Of a DNA stretch of 64,000 nucleotides, positions 35,301 through 53,300 are shown piece after piece. The stretch covers positions 23,560,001 through 23,624,000 of the forward strand of contig OZ024765.1 in the NCBI GenBank assembly GCA_964016885.1, read 5' to 3'. The stretch comes from Eledone cirrhosa (lineage: Eukaryota). The notes beneath the pieces were generated by a model. It was not told the DNA's origin. It did no database searches and saw nothing but the letters and a program-made list of their open reading frames with translations. Each line of letters begins with the position of its first letter. The stretch's first letter is position 1. A program made the translations under genes and the position numbers.

Positions 35301-38300
35301 AGTGTGGACTGGGTACTATCATGGAACCAACATGTCTACTTTAGAGTGTGGACTGGGTACTATCATGGCACCAACATGACAAATTTACAGTGTGGACTGG
35401 GTACTATTATGGCACCAACATGACTACTTTACAGTGTGAACTGGGTACTATCATGGCACCAACATGACTACTTTACAGTGTGGGCTGGGCACTATCATGG
35501 CACCAACATGACTACTTTACAGTGTGAACTGGGCACTATCAAGGCACCAACATGACTACTTTACAGTGTGGACTGGGTACTATCATGGCACCAACATGAC
35601 TACTTTACAGTGTGGACTGGGTACTATTTATTGTGGCACCAACATGACTACTTTACAGTGTGGACTGGGTACTATCATGGCACCAACATGACTACTTTAC
35701 AGTGTGGACTGGGTACTATCATGGCACCAACATGACTACTTTACAGTGTGGACTGGGTACTATCATGGCACCAACATGACTACTTTACAGTGTGGACTGG
35801 GCACTATCATGGCACCAATATGACTACTTTACAGTGTGGGCTGGGCACTATCATGGCACCAAAATGACTACGTTACAGTGTGGGCTGGGCACTATCATGG
35901 CACCAACATGACTACTTTACAGTGTGGGCTGGGTACTATCATGTCACCAACATGACTACTTTACAGTGTGGACTGGGTACTATCATGGCACCAACATGAC
36001 TACACTACAGTGTGAACTGGTTACTATCATGGCACGAACATGACTACTTTACAGTATGGACTGGACACTATCATGGCACCAACATGACTACTTTACAGTG
36101 TGGACTGGGCAGTATCATGGCACCAACATGACTACTTTACAGTGTGAACTGGGTACTATCATGGCACCAACATGACTACTTCACAGTGTGGGCTGGGCAC
36201 TATCATGGCACCAAAATGACAACTTTACAGTGTGGTCTGGGCACTATCATGGCACCAACATGACTACTTCACAGTGTGGGCTGGGCACTATCATGGCACC
36301 AAAATGACAACTTTACAGTGTGGACTGGGCACTATCATGGCACCAACATAACTACTTTACAGTGTGGGCTGGGTACTATCATGGCACCAACATGACTACT
36401 TTACAGTGTGGACTGGGTACTATCATGTCACCAACATGACTACTTTACAGTGTGGACTGGGTACTATCATGGCACCAACATGACTACTTTACAGTGTGGA
36501 CTGGGTACTATCATGGCACCAACAGGACTACTTTACAGTGTGGACTGGGTACTATCATGGCACCAACATGACTACTTTACAGTGTGGACTGGGCACTATC
36601 ATGGCACCAACATGACTACTTCACAGTGTGGACTGGGTACTATCATGGCACCAACATGACTACTTTACAGTGTGGACTGGGTACTATGATGGCACCAACA
36701 TGACTACTTCACAGTGTGGGCTGGGCACTATCATGGCACCAAAATGACAACTTTACAATGTGCACTGGGTATTATCATAGCACCAACATGTCTACTTTAC
36801 AGTGTGGACTGGGCACTATCATGGCACCAACATGACTACTTTACAGTGTGGACTGGGTACTATCATGGCACCAACATGACTACTTTACAGTGTGGACTGG
36901 GTACTATCATGGCACCAACAGGACTACTTTACAGTGTGGACTGGGTACTATCATGGCACCAACATGACTACTTTACAGTGTGGGCTGGGCACTATCATGG
37001 CACCAACATGACTACTTTACAGTGTGAACTGGGCACTATCATGGCACCAACATGACTACTTTACAGTGTGGACTGGGTACTATCATGGCACCAACATGAC
37101 TACTTTACAGTGTGGACTGGGCACTATCATGGCACCAACATGACTACTTCACAGTGTGGACTGGGTACTATCATGGCACCAACATGACTACTTTACAGTG
37201 TGGACTGGGTACTATTTATTGTGGCACCAACATGACTACTTTACAGTGTGGACTGGGTACTATCATGTCACCAACATGACTGCTTTACAGTGTGGACTGG
37301 GTACTATCATGGCACCAACATGACTACTTTACAGTGTGGACTGGGCACTATCATGGCACCAACATGACTACTTTACAGTGTGGGCTGGGCACTATCATGG
37401 CACCAAAATGACTACGTCACAGTGTGGGCTGGGCACTATCATGGCACCAACATGACAAATTTACAGTGTGGACTGGGTACTATCATGGCACCAACATGAC
37501 TACTTTAGAGTGTGGACTGGGTACTATCATGGCACCAACATGACTACTTTTCAGTGTGGACTGGGTACTATCATGGAACCAACATGTCTACTTTAGAGTG
37601 TGGACTGGGTACTATCATGGCACCAACATGACAAATTTACAGTGTGGACTGGGTACTATTATGGCACCAACATGACTACTTTACAGTGTGAACTGGGTAC
37701 TATCATGGCACCAACATGACTACTTTACAGTGTGGGCTGGGCACTATCATGGCACCAACATGACTACTTTACAGTGTGAACTGGGCACTATCAAGGCACC
37801 AACATGACTACTTTACAGTGTGGACTGGGTACTATCATGGCACCAACATGACTACTTTACAGTGTGAACTGGGCACTATCAAGGCACCAACATGACTACT
37901 TTACAGTGTGGACTGGGTACTATCATGGCACCAACATGACTACTTTACAGTGTGGACTGGGTACTATTTATTGTGGCACCAACATGACTACTTTACAGTG
38001 TGGACTGGGTACTATCATGGCACCAACATGACTACTTTACAGTGTGGACTGGGTACTATCATGGCACCAACATGACTACTTTACAGTGTGGACTGGGCAC
38101 TATCATGGCACCAACATGACTACTTTACAGTGTGGGCTGGGCACTATCATGGCACCAAAATGACTACGTTACAGTGTGGGCTGGGCACTATCATGGCACC
38201 AACATGACTACTTTACAGTGTGGGCTGGGTACTATCATGGAACCAACATGTCTACTTGACAGTGTGGACTGGGTACTATCATGGCACCAACATGACTACA

Positions 38301-41300
38301 CTACAGTGTGAACTGGTTACTATCATGGCACGAACATCACTACTTTACAGTATGGACTGGACACTATCATGGCACCAACATGACTACTTTACAGTGTGGA
38401 CTGGGCAGTATCATGGCACCAACATGACTACTTTACAGTGTGAACTGGGTACTATCATGGCACCAACATGACTACTTCACAGTGTGGGCTGGGCACTATC
38501 ATGGCACCAAAATGACAACTTTACAGTGTGGTCTGGGCACTATCATGGCACCAACATGACTACTTCACAGTGTGGGCTGGGCACTATCATGGCACCAAAA
38601 TGACAACTTTACAGTGTGGACTGGGCACTATCATGGCACCAACATAACTACTTTACAGTGTGGGCTGGGTACTATCATGGCACCAACATGACTACTTTAC
38701 AGTGTGGACTGGGTACTATCATGTCACCAACATGACTACTTTACAGTGTGGGCTGGGTACTATGATGGCACCAAAATGACAACTTTACAGTGTGGACTGG
38801 GCACTATCATGGCACCAACATGACTACTTTACAGTATGGACTGGGTACTATCATGGCACCAAAATGACTACGTTACAGTGTGGGCTGGGCACTATCATGG
38901 CACCAACATGACAAATTTACAGTGTGGACAGGGTACTATCATGTCACCAACATGACTACTTTACAGTGTGGACTGGGTACTATCATGGCACCAACATGAC
39001 TACTTTACAGTGTGGACTGGGTACTATCATGGCACCAACAGGACTACTTTACAGTGTGGACTGGGTACTATCATGGCACCAACATGACTACTTTACAGTG
39101 TGGACTGGGCACTATCATGGCACCAACATGACTACTTCACAGTGTGGACTGGGTACTATCATGGCACCAACATGACTACTTTACAGTGTGGACTGGGTAC
39201 TATGATGGCACCAACATGACTACTTCACAGTGTGGGCTGGGCACTATCATGGCACCAAGATGACAACTTTACAATGTGCACTGGGTATTATCATAGCACC
39301 AACATGTCTACTTTACAGTGTGGACTGGGTACTATCATGGCACCAACATGACAAATTTACAGTGTGGACTGGGTACTATTATGGCACCAACATGACTACT
39401 TTACAGTGTGAACTGGGTACTATCATGGCACCAACATGACTACTTTACAGTGTGGGCTGGGGACTATCATGTCACCATCATGAATACTTTACAGTGTGGA
39501 CTGGGTACTATCATGGCACCAACATGACTACTTTACAGTGTGGGCTGGGCACTATCATGGCACCAACATGACTACTTTACAGTGTGAACTGGGCACTATC
39601 ATGGCACCAACATGACTACTTTACAGTGTGGACTGGGTACTATCATGGCACCAACATGACTACTTTACAGTGTGGACTGGGCACTATCATGGCACCAACA
39701 TGACTACTTCACAGTGTGGACTGGGTACTATCATGGCACCAACATGACTACTTTGCAGTGTGGACTGGGTACTATTTATTGTGGCACCAACATGACTACT
39801 TTACAGTGTGGACTGGGTACTATCATGTCACCAACATGACTGCTTTACAGTGTGGACTGGGTACTATCATGGCACCAACATGACTACTTTACAGTGTGGA
39901 CTGGGCACTATCATGGCACCAACATGACTACTTTACAGTGTGGGCTGGGCACTATCATGGCACCAAAATGACTACGTCACAGTGTGGGCTGGGCACTATC
40001 ATGGCACCAACATGACAAATTTACAGTGTGGACTGGGTACTATTATGGCACCAACATGACTACTTTACAGTGTGAACTGGTTACTATCATGGCACCAACA
40101 TGACTACTTTTCAGTGTGGACTGGGTACTATCATGGAACCAACATGTCTACTTTAGAGTGTGGACTGGGTACTATCATGGCACCAACATGACAAATTTAC
40201 AGTGTGGACTGGGTACTATTATGGCACCAACATGACTACTTTACAGTGTGAACTGGGTACTATCATGGCACCAACATGACTACTTTACAGTGTGGGCTGG
40301 GCACTATCATGGCACCAACATGACTACTTTACAGTGTGAACTGGGCACTATCAAGGCACCAACATGACTACTTTACAGTGTGGACTGGGTACTATCATGG
40401 CACCAACATGACTACTTTACAGTGTGGACTGGGTACTATTTATTGTGGCACCAACATGACTACTTTACAGTGTGGACTGGGTACTATCATGGCACCAACA
40501 TGACTACTTTACAGTGTGGACTGGGTACTATCATGGCACCAACATGACTACTTTACAGTGTGGACTGGGTACTATCATGGCACCAACATGACTACTTTAC
40601 AGTGTGGACTGGGCACTATCATGGCACCAATATGACTATTTTACAGTGTGGGCTGGGCACTATCATGGCACCAAAATGACTACGTTACAGTGTGGGCTGG
40701 GCACTATCATGGCACCAACATGACTACTTTACAGTGTGGGCTGGGTACTATCATGGAACCAACATGTCTACTTGACAGTGTGGACTGGGTACTATCATGG
40801 CACCAACATGACTACACTACAGTGTGAACTGGTTACTATCATGGCACGAACATGACTACTTTACAGTATGGACTGGACACTATCATGGCACCAACATGAC
40901 TACTTTACAGTGTGGACTGGGCAGTATCATGGCACCAACATGACTACTTTACAGTGTGAACTGGGTACTATCATGGCACCAACATGACTACTTCACAGTG
41001 TGGGCTGGGCACTATCATGGCACCAAAATGACAACTTTACAGTGTGGTCTGGGCACTATCATGGCACCAACATGACTACTTCACAGTGTGGGCTGGGCAC
41101 TATCATGGCACCAAAATGACAACTTTACAGTGTGGACTGGGCACTATCATGGCACCAACATAACTACTTTACAGTGTGGGCTGGGTACTATCATGGCACC
41201 AACATGACTACTTTACAGTGTGGACTGGGTACTATCATGTCACCAACATGACTATTTTACAGTGTGGACTGGGTACTATCATGGCACCAACATGACTACT

Positions 41301-44300
41301 TTACAGTGTGGACTGGGTACTATCATGGCACCAACAGGACTACTTTACAGTGTGGACTGGGTACTATCATGGCACCAACATGACTACTTTACAGTGTGGA
41401 CTGGGCACTATCATGGCACCAACATGACTACTTCACAGTGTGGACTGGGTACTATCATGGCACCAACATGACTACTTTACAGTGTGGACTGGGTACTATG
41501 ATGGCACCAACATGACTACTTCACAGTGTGGGCTGGGCACTATCATGGCACCAAAATGACAACTTTACAATGTGCACTGGGTATTATCATAGCACCAACA
41601 TGTCTACTTTACAGTGTGGACTGGGCACTATCATGGCACCAACATGACTACTTTACAGTGTGGACTGGGTACTATCATGGCACCAACATGACTACTTTAC
41701 AGTGTGGACTGGGTACTATCATGGCACCAACAGGACTACTTTACAGTGTGGACTGGGTACTATCATGGCACCAACATGACTACTTTACAGTGTGGGCTGG
41801 GCACTATCATGGCACCAACATGACTACTTTACAGTGTGAACTGGGCACTATCATGGCACCAACATGACTACTTTACAGTGTGGACTGGGTACTATCATGG
41901 CACCAACATGACTACTTTACAGTGTGGACTGGGCACTATCATGGCACCAACATGACTACTTCACAGTGTGGACTGGGTACTATCATGGCACCAACATGAC
42001 TACTTTACAGTGTGGACTGGGTACTATTTATTGTGGCACCAACATGACTACTTTACAGTGTGGACTGGGTACTATCATGTCACCAACATGACTGCTTTAC
42101 AGTGTGGACTGGGTACTATCATGGCACCAACATGACTACTTTACAGTGTGGACTGGGCACTATCATGGCACCAACATGACTACTTTACAGTGTGGGCTGG
42201 GCACTATCATGGCACCAAAATGACTACGTCACAGTGTGGGCTGGGCACTATCATGGCACCAACATGACAAATTTACAGTGTGGACTGGGTACTATCATGG
42301 CACCAACATGACTACTTTAGAGTGTGGACTGGGTACTATCATGGCACCAACATGACTACTTTTCAGTGTGGACTGGGTACTATCATGGAACCAACATGTC
42401 TACTTTAGAGTGTGGACTGGGTACTATCATGGCACCAACATGACTACTTTACAGTGTGGGCTGGGCACTATCATGGCACCAACATGACTACTTTACAGTG
42501 TGAACTGGGCACTATCAAGGCACCAACATGACTACTTTACAGTGTGGACTGGGTACTATCATGGCACCAACATGACTACTTTACAGTGTGAACTGGGCAC
42601 TATCAAGGCACCAACATGACTACTTTACAGTGTGGACTGGGTACTATCATGGCACCAACATGACTACTTTACAGTGTGGACTGGGTACTATTTATTGTGG
42701 CACCAACATGACTACTTTACAGTGTGGACTGGGTACTATCATGGCACCAACATGACTACTTTACAGTGTGGACTGGGTACTATCATGGCACCAACATGAC
42801 TACTTTACAGTGTGGACTGGGCACTATCATGGCACCAACATGACTACTTTACAGTGTGGGCTGGGCACTATCATGGCACCAAAATGACTACGTTACAGTG
42901 TGGGCTGGGCACTATCATGGCACCAACATGACTACTTTACAGTGTGGGCTGGGTACTATCATGGAACCAACATGTCTACTTGACAGTGTGGACTGGGTAC
43001 TATCATGGCACCAACATGACTACACTACAGTGTGAACTGGTTACTATCATGGCACGAACATCACTACTTTACAGTATGGACTGGACACTATCATGGCACC
43101 AACATGACTACTTTACAGTGTGGACTGGGCAGTATCATGGCACCAACATGACTACTTTACAGTGTGAACTGGGTACTATCATGGCACCAACATGACTACT
43201 TCACAGTGTGGGCTGGGCACTATCATGGCACCAAAATGACTACTTTACAGTGTGGTCTGGGCACTATCATGGCACCAACATGACTACTTCACAGTGTGGG
43301 CTGGGCACTATCATGGCACCAAAATGACAACTTTACAGTGTGGACTGGGCACTATCATGGCACCAACATAACTACTTTACAGTGTGGGCTGGGTACTATC
43401 ATGGCACCAACATGACTACTTTACAGTGTGGACTGGGTACTATCATGTCACCAACATGACTACTTTACAGTGTGGGCTGGGTACTATGATGGCACCAAAA
43501 TGACAACTTTACAGTGTGGACTGGGCACTATCATGGCACCAACATGACTACTTTACAGTATGGACTGGGTACTATCATGGCACCAAAATGACTACGTTAC
43601 AGTGTGGGCTGGGCACTATCATGGCACCAACATGACAAATTTACAGTGTGGACAGGGTACTATCATGTCACCAACATGACTACTTTACAGTGTGGACTGG
43701 GTACTATCATGGCACCAACATGACTACTTTACAGTGTGGACTGGGTACTATCATGGCACCAACAGGACTACTTTACAGTGTGGACTGGGTACTATCATGG
43801 CACCAACATGACTACTTTACAGTGTGGACTGGGCACTATCATGGCACCAACATGACTACTTCACAGTGTGGACTGGGTACTATCATGGCACCAACATGAC
43901 TACTTTACAGTGTGGACTGGGTACTATGATGGCACCAACATGACTACTTCACAGTGTGGGCTGGGCACTATCATGGCACCAAGATGACAACTTTACAATG
44001 TGCACTGGGTATTATCATAGCACCAACATGTCTACTTTACAGTGTGGACTGGGTACTATCATGGCACCAACATGACAAATTTACAGTGTGGACTGGGTAC
44101 TATTATGGCACCAACATGACTACTTTACAGTGTGAACTGGGTACTATCATGGCACCAACATGACTACTTTACAGTGTGGGCTGGGCACTATCATGGCACC
44201 AACATGACTACTTTACAGTGTGAACTGGGCACTATCAAGGCACCAACATGACTACTTTACAGTGTGGACTGGGTACTATCATGGCACCAACATGACTACT

Positions 44301-47300
44301 TTACAGTGTGGACTGGGTACTATTTATTGTGGCACCAACATGACTACTTTACAGTGTGGACTGGGTACTATCATGTCACCAACATGACTACTTTACAGTG
44401 TGGACTGGGTACTATCATGGCACCAACATGACTACTTTACAGTGTGGACTGGGTACTATCATGGCACCAACATGACTACTTTACAGTGTAGACTGGGTAC
44501 TATCATGGCACCAACATGACTACTTTACAGTGTGGACTGGGCACTATCATGGCACCAACATGACTACATTACAGTGTGGACTGGGTACTATCATGGAACC
44601 AACATGTCTACTTGACAGTGTGGACTGGGTACTATCATGGAACCAACATGTCTACTTTACAGTGTGGACTGGGCACTATCATGGCACCAACATGACTACT
44701 TCACAGTGTGGGCTGGGCACTATCATGGCACCAAAATGACTACGTTACAGTGTGGGCTGGGCACTATCATGGCACCAACATGACTACTTTACAGTGTGGG
44801 CTGGGTACTATCATGGAACCAACATGTCTACTTGACAGTGTGGACTGGGTACTATCATGGCACCAACATGACTACACTATAGTGTGAACTGGTTACTATC
44901 ATGGCACGAACATGACTACTTTACAGTATGGACTGGACACTATCATGGCACCAACATGACTACTTTACAGTGTGGACTGGGCAGTATCATGGCACCAACA
45001 TGACTACTTTACAGTGTGAACTGGGTACTATCATGGCACCAACATAACTACTTTACAGTGTGGGCTGGGTACTATCATGGCACCAACATGACTACTTTAC
45101 AGTGTGGACTGGGTACTATCATGTCACCAACATGACTACTTGACAGTGTGGGCTGGGTACTATGATGGCACCAAAATGACAACTTTACAGTGTGGACTGG
45201 GCACTATCATGGCACCAACATAACTACTTTACAGTATGGACTGGGTACTATCATGGCACCAAAATGACTACGTTACAGTGTGGGCTGGGCACTATCATGG
45301 CACCAAAATGACAACTTTACAGTGTGGTCTGGGCACTATCATGGCACCAACATGACTACTTCACAGTGTGGGCTGGGCACTATCATGGCACCAAAATGAC
45401 AACTTTACAGTGTGGACTGGGCACTATCATGGCACCAACATAACTACTTTACAGTGTGGGCTGGGTACTATCATGGCACCAACATGACTACTTTACAGTG
45501 TGGACTGGGTACTATCATGTCACCAACATGACTACTTGACAGTGTGGGCTGGGTACTATGATGGCACCAAAATGACAACTTTACAGTGTGGACTGGGCAC
45601 TATCATGGCACCAACATAACTACTTTACAGTATGGACTGGGTACTATCATGGCACCAAAATGACTACGTTACAGTGTGGGCTGGGCACTATCATGGCACC
45701 AACATGACAAATTTACAGTGTGGACTGGGTACTATTATGGCACCAACATGACAAATTTACAGTGTGGACTGTGTACTATTATGGCACCAACATGACTACT
45801 TTACAGTGTGAACTGGTTACTATCATGGCACCAACATGACTACTTTTCAGTGTGGACTGGGTACTATCATGGCACCAACATGACTACTCTACAGTGTGAA
45901 CTGGTTACTATCATGGCACGAACATGACTACTTTACAGTATGGACTGGACACTATCATGGCACCAACATGACTACTTTACAGTGTGGACTGGGTACTATC
46001 ATGGCACCAACATGACTACTTTACAGTGTGAACTGGGTACTATCATGGCACCAACATGACTACTTTACAGTGTGGACTGGGTACTATCATGGCACCAACA
46101 TGACTACTTTACAGTGTGAACTGGGCACTATCGTGGCACCAACATGACTACTTTACAGTGTGGACTGGGTACTATCGTGGCACCAACATGACTACTTTAC
46201 AGTGTGGACTGGGTACTATCGTGGCACCAACATGACTACTTTACAGTGTGAACTGGGCACTATCGTGGCACCAACATGACTACTTTACAGTGTGGACTGG
46301 GCACTATCATGGCACCATCATGACTACTTTTCAGTGTGGACTGGGTACTATCATGGCACCAACATGACTACTTTACAGTGTGGACTGGGTACTATCATGG
46401 CACCAACATGACTACTCTACAGTGTGAACTGGGCACTATCGTGGCACCAACATGACTACTTTACAGTGTGGACTGGGTACTATCATGGCACCAACATGAC
46501 TACTTTACAGTGTGGACTGGGTACTATTTATTGTGGCACCAACATGACTACTTTACAGTGTGGACTGGGTACTATCAAGGCACCAACATGACTACTTTAC
46601 AGTGTGGACTGGGTACTATCATGGCACCAACATGACTACTTTACAGTGTGGACTGGGTACTATTTATTGTGGCACCAACATGACTACTTTACAGTGTGGA
46701 CTGGGTACTATCATGTCACCAACATGACTACTTTACAGTGTGGACTGGGTACTATCATGGCACCAACATGACTACTTTACAGTATGGACTGGGTACTATC
46801 ATGGCACCAACATGACTACTTTACAGTGTGGACTGGGCACTATCATGGCACCAACATGACTACTTTACAGTGTGGGCTGGGCACTATCATGGCACCAAAA
46901 TGACTACGTTACAGTGTGGGCTGGGCACTATCATGGCACCAACATGACAAATTTACAGTGTGGACTGGGTACTATTATGGCACCAACATGACTACTTTAC
47001 AGTGTGGACTGGGTACTATCATGGCACCAACATGACAACTTTACAGTGTGAACTGGTTACTATCATGGCACCAACATGACTACTTTTCAGTGTGGACTGG
47101 GTACTATCATGGAACCAACATGTCTACTTGACAGTGTGGACTGGGTACTATCATGGCACCAACATGACAAATTTACAGTGTGGACTGGGTACTATTATGG
47201 CACCAACATGACTACTTTACAGTGTGAACTGGTTACTATCATGGCACCAACATGACTACTTTTCAGTGTGGACTGGGCACTATCATGGCACCAAAGTGAC

Positions 47301-50300
47301 AACTTTACAGTGTGGTCTGGGCACTATCATGGCACCAACATGACTACTTTACAGTGTGAACTGGGCACTATCATGGCACCAACATGACTACTTTACAGTG
47401 TGGACTGGGTACTATCATGTCACCAACATGACTACTTTACAGTGTGGACTGGGTACTATCATGGCACCAACATCACTACTTTACAGTGTGGACTGGGTAC
47501 TATCATGGCACCAACATGACTACTTCACAGTGTGGGCTGGGCACTATCATGGCACCAAAATGACAACTTTACAGTGTGGTCTGGGCACTATCATGGCACC
47601 AACATGACTACTTCACAGTGTGGGCTGGGCACTATCATGGCACCAAAATGACAACTTTACAGTGTGGACTGGGCACTATCATGGCACCAACATAACTACT
47701 TTACAGTGTGGGCTGGGTACTATCATGGCACCAACATGACTACTTCACAGTGTGGGCTGGGCACTATCATGGCACCAAAATGACAACTTTACAGTGTGGT
47801 CTGGGCACTATCATGGCACCAACATGACTACTTCACAGTGTGGGCTGGGCACTATCATGGCACCAAAATGACAACTTTACAGTGTGGACTGGGCACTATC
47901 ATGGCACCAACATAACTACTTTACAGTGTGGGCTGGGTACTATCATGGCACCAACATGACTACTTTACAGTGTGGACTGGGTACTATCATGTCACCAAAA
48001 TAACTACTTTACAGTGTGGGCTGGGTACTATGATGGCACCAAAATGACAACTTTACAGTGTGGACTGGGCACTATCATGGCACCAACATGACTACTTTAC
48101 AGTATGGACTGGGTACTATCATGGCACCAAAATGACTACGTTACAGTGTGGGCTGGGCACTATCATGGCACCAACATGACAAATTTACAGTGTGGACTGG
48201 GTACTATTATGGCACCAACATGACAAATTTACAGTGTGGACTGTGTACTATTATGGCACCAACATGACTACTTTACAGTGTGAACTGGTTACTATCATGG
48301 CACCAACATGACTACTTTTCAGTGTGGACTGGGTACTATCATGGCACCAACATGACTACTCTACAGTGTGAACTGGTTACTATCATGGCACGAACATGAC
48401 TACTTTACAGTATGGACTGGACACTATCATGGCACCAACATGACTACTTTACAGTGTGGACTGGGCACTATCATGGCACCAACATGACTACTTTACAGTG
48501 TGAACTGGGTACTATCATGGCACCAACATGACTACTTTACAGTGTGGACTGGGTACTATCATGGCACCAACAGGACTACTTTACAGTGTGGACTGGGTAC
48601 TATCATGGCACCAACATGACTACTTTACAGTGTGGACTGGGTACTATCATGGCACCAACATGACTACTTTACAGTGTGGACTGGGCACTATCATGGCACC
48701 AACATGAATACTTTACAGTGTGGACTGGGTACTATCATGGCACCAACATGACTACTTTACAGTGTGGACTGGGTACTATTTATTGTGGCACCAACATGAC
48801 TACTTTACCGTATGGACTGGGTACTATCATGGCACCAACATGACTACGTTACAGTGTGGGCTGGGCACTATCATGGCACCAACATGACAAATTTACAGTG
48901 TGGACTGGGTACTATTATGGCACCAACATGACTACTTTACAGTGTGGACTGGGTACTATCATGGCACCAACATGACAACTTTACAGTGTGAACTGGTTAC
49001 TATCATGGCACCAACATGACTACTTTTCAGTGTGGACTGGGTACTATCATGGCACCAACATGACTACTTTTCAGTGTGGACTGGGTACTATCATGGCACC
49101 AACATGACTACTCTACAGTATGAACTGGTTACTATCATGGCACGAACATGACTACTTTACAGTGTGGACTGGGCACTATCATGGCACCAACATGACTACT
49201 TTACAGTGTGGACTGGGCACTATCATGGCACCAACATGACTACTTTACAGTGTGAACTGGGTACTATCATGGCACCAACATGACTACTTCACAGTGTGGG
49301 CTGGGCACTATCATGGCACCAAAGTGACAACTTTACAGTGTGGGCTGGGTACTATCATGGCACCAACATGACTACTTTACAGTGTGGTCTGGGCACTATC
49401 ATGGCACCAACATGACTACTTTACAGTGTGGACTGGGTACTATCATGTCACCAACATGACTACTTTACAGTGTGGACTGGGTACTATCATGGCACCAACA
49501 TCACTACTTTACAGTGTGGACTGGGTACTATCATGGCACCAACATGACTACTTCACAGTGTGGGCTGGGCACTATCATGGCACCAAAATGACAACTTTAC
49601 AGTGTGGTCTGGGCACTATCATGGCACCAACATGACTACTTCACAGTGTGGGCTGGGCACTATCATGGCACCAAAATGACAACTTTACAGTGTAGACTGG
49701 GCACTATCATGGCACCAACATAACTACTTTACAGTGTGGGCTGGGTACTATCATGGCACCAACATGACTACTTCACAGTGTGGGCTGGGCACTATCATGG
49801 CACCAAAATGACAACTTTACAGTGTGGTCTGGGCACTATCATGGCACCAACATGACTACTTCACAGTGTGGGCTGGGCACTATCATGGCACCAAAATGAC
49901 AACTTTACAGTGTGGACTGGGTACTATCATGTCACCAACATGACTACTTTACAGTGTGGGCTGGGTACTATGATGGCACCAAAATGACAACTTTACAGTG
50001 TGGACTGGGCACTATCATGGCACCAACATGACTACTTTACAGTATGGACTGGGTACTATCATGGCACCAAAATGACTAAGTTACAGTGTGGGCTGGGCAC
50101 TATCATGGCACCAACATGACAAATTTACAGTGTGGACTGGGTACTATTATGGCACCAACATGACAAATTTACAGTGTGGACTGTGTACTATTATGGCACC
50201 AACATGACTACTTTACAGTGTGAACTGGTTACTATCATGGCACCAACATGACTACTTTTCAGTGTGGACTGGGTACTATCATGGCACCAACATGACTACT

Positions 50301-53300
50301 CTACAGTGTGAACTGGTTACTATCATGGCACGAACATGACTACTTTACAGTACGGACTGGACACTATCATGGCACCAACATGACTACTTTACAGTGTGGA
50401 CTGGGCACTATCATGGCACCAACATGACTACTTTACAGTGTTAACTGGGTACTATCATGGCACCAACATGACTACTTTACAGTGTGGACTGGGTACTATC
50501 ATGGCACCAACAGGACTACTTTACAGTGTGGACTGGGTACTATCATGGCACCAACATGACTACTTTACAGTGTGGACTGGGTACTATCATGGCACCAACA
50601 TGACTACTTTACAGTGTGGACTGGGCACTATCATGGCACCAACATGACTACTTTACAGTGTGGACTGGGTACTATCATGGCACCAACATGACTACTTTAC
50701 AGTGTGGACTGGGTACTATTTATTGTGGCACCAACATGACTACTTTACAGTGTGGACTGGGTACTATCATGTCACCAACATGACTACTTTACAGTGTGGA
50801 CTGGGTACTATCATGGCACCAACATGACTACTTTACAGTATGGACTGGGTACTATCATGGCACCAACATGACTACTTTACAGTGTGGACTGGGCACTATC
50901 ATGGCACCAACATGACTACTTTACAGTGTGGGCTGGGCACTATCATGGCATCAAAATGACTACGTTACAGTGTGGGCTGGGCACTATCATGGCACCAACA
51001 TGACAAATTTACAGTGTGGACTGGGTACTATTATGGCACCAACATGACTACTTTACAGTGTGGACTGGGTACTATCATGGCACCAACATGACAACTTTAC
51101 AGTGTGAACTGGTTACTATCATGGCACCAACATGACTACTTTTCAGTGTGGACTGGGTACTATCATGGAACCAACATGTCTACTTGACAGTGTGGACTGG
51201 GTACTATCATGGCACCAACATGACAAATTTACAGTGTGGACTGGGTACTATTATGGCACCAACATGACTACTTTACAGTGTGAACTGGTTACTATCATGG
51301 CACCAACAGGACTACTTTACAGTGTGGACTGGGTACTATCATGGCACGAACATGACTACTCTACAGTGTGAACTGGGCACTATCATGGCACCAACATGAC
51401 TACTTTACAGTGTGGACTGGGTACTATCATGGCACGAACATGACTACTTTACAGTGTGGACTGGGCACTATCATGGCACCAACATGACTACTTTACAGTG
51501 TGGACTGGGCACTATCATGGCACCAACATGACTACTTTACAGTGTGAACTGGGTACTATCATGGCACCAACATGACTACTTCACAGTGTGGGCTGGGCAC
51601 TATCATGGCACCAAAGTGACAACTTTACAGTGTGGTCTGGGCACTATCATGGCACCAACATGACTACTTTACAGTGTGGACTGGGTACTATCATGTCACC
51701 AACATGACTACTTTACAGTGTGGACTGGGTACTATCATGGCACCAACATCACTACTTTACAGTGTGGACTGGGTACTATCATGGCACCAACATGACTACT
51801 TCACAGTGTGGGCTGGGCACTATCATGGCACCAAAATGACAACTTTACAGTGTGGTCTGGGCACTATCATGGCACCTACATGACTACTTCACAGTGTGGG
51901 CTGGGCACTATCATGGCACCAAAATGACAACTTTACAGTGTGGACTGGGCACTATCATGGCACCAACATAACTACTTTACAGTGTGGGCTGGGTACTATC
52001 ATGGCACCAACATGACTACTTCACAGTGTGGGCTGGGCACTATCATGGCACCAAAATGACAACTTTACAGTGTGGTCTGGGCACTATCATGGCACCAACA
52101 TGACTACTTCACAGTGTGGGCTGGGCACTATCATGGCACCAAAATGACAACTTTACCGTGTGGACTGGGCACTATCATGGCACCAACATAACTACTTTAC
52201 AGTGTGGGCTGGGTACTATCATGGCACCAACATGACTACTTTACAGTGTGGACTGGGTACTATCATGTCACCAACATGACTACTTTACAGTGTGGGCTGG
52301 GTACTATGATGGCACCAAAATGACAACTTTACAGTGTGGACTGGGCACTATCATGGCACCAACATGACTACTTTACAGTATGGACTGGGTACTATCATGG
52401 CACCAAAATGACTAAGTTACAGTGTGGGCTGGGCACTATCATGGCACCAACATGACAAATTTACAGTGTGGACTGGGTACTATTATGGCACCAACATGAC
52501 AAATTTACAGTGTGGACTGTGTACTATTATGGCACCAACATGACTACTTTACAGTGTGAACTGGTTACTATCATGGCACCAACATGACTACTTTTCAGTG
52601 TGGACTGGGTACTATCATGGCACCAACATGACTACTCTACAGTGTGAACTGGTTACTATCATGGCACGAACATGACTACTTTACAGTACGGACTGGACAC
52701 TATCATGGCACCAACATGACTACTTTACAGTGTGGACTGGGCACTATCATGGCACCAACATGACTACTTTACAGTGTTAACTGGGTACTATCATGGCACC
52801 AACATGACTACTTTACAGTGTGGACTGGGTACTATCATGGCACCAACAGGACTACTTTACAGTGTGGACTGGGTACTATCATGGCACCAACATGACTACT
52901 TGACAGTGTGGACTGGGTACTATCATGGCACCAACATGACTACTTTACAGTGTGGACTGGGCACTATCATGGCACCAACATGACTACTTTACAGTGTGGA
53001 CTGGGTACTATCATGGCACCAACATGACTACTTTACAGTGTGGACTGGGTACTATTTATTGTGGCACCAACATGACTACTTTACAGTGTGGACTGGGTAC
53101 TATCATGGCACCAACATGACTACTTTACAGTATGGACTGGGTACTATCATGGCACCAACATGACTACTTTACAGTGTGGACTGGGCACTATCATGGCACC
53201 AACATGACTACTTTACAGTGTGGGCTGGGCACTATCATGGCATCAAAATGACTACGTTACAGTGTGGGCTGGGCACTATCATGGCACCAACATGACAAAT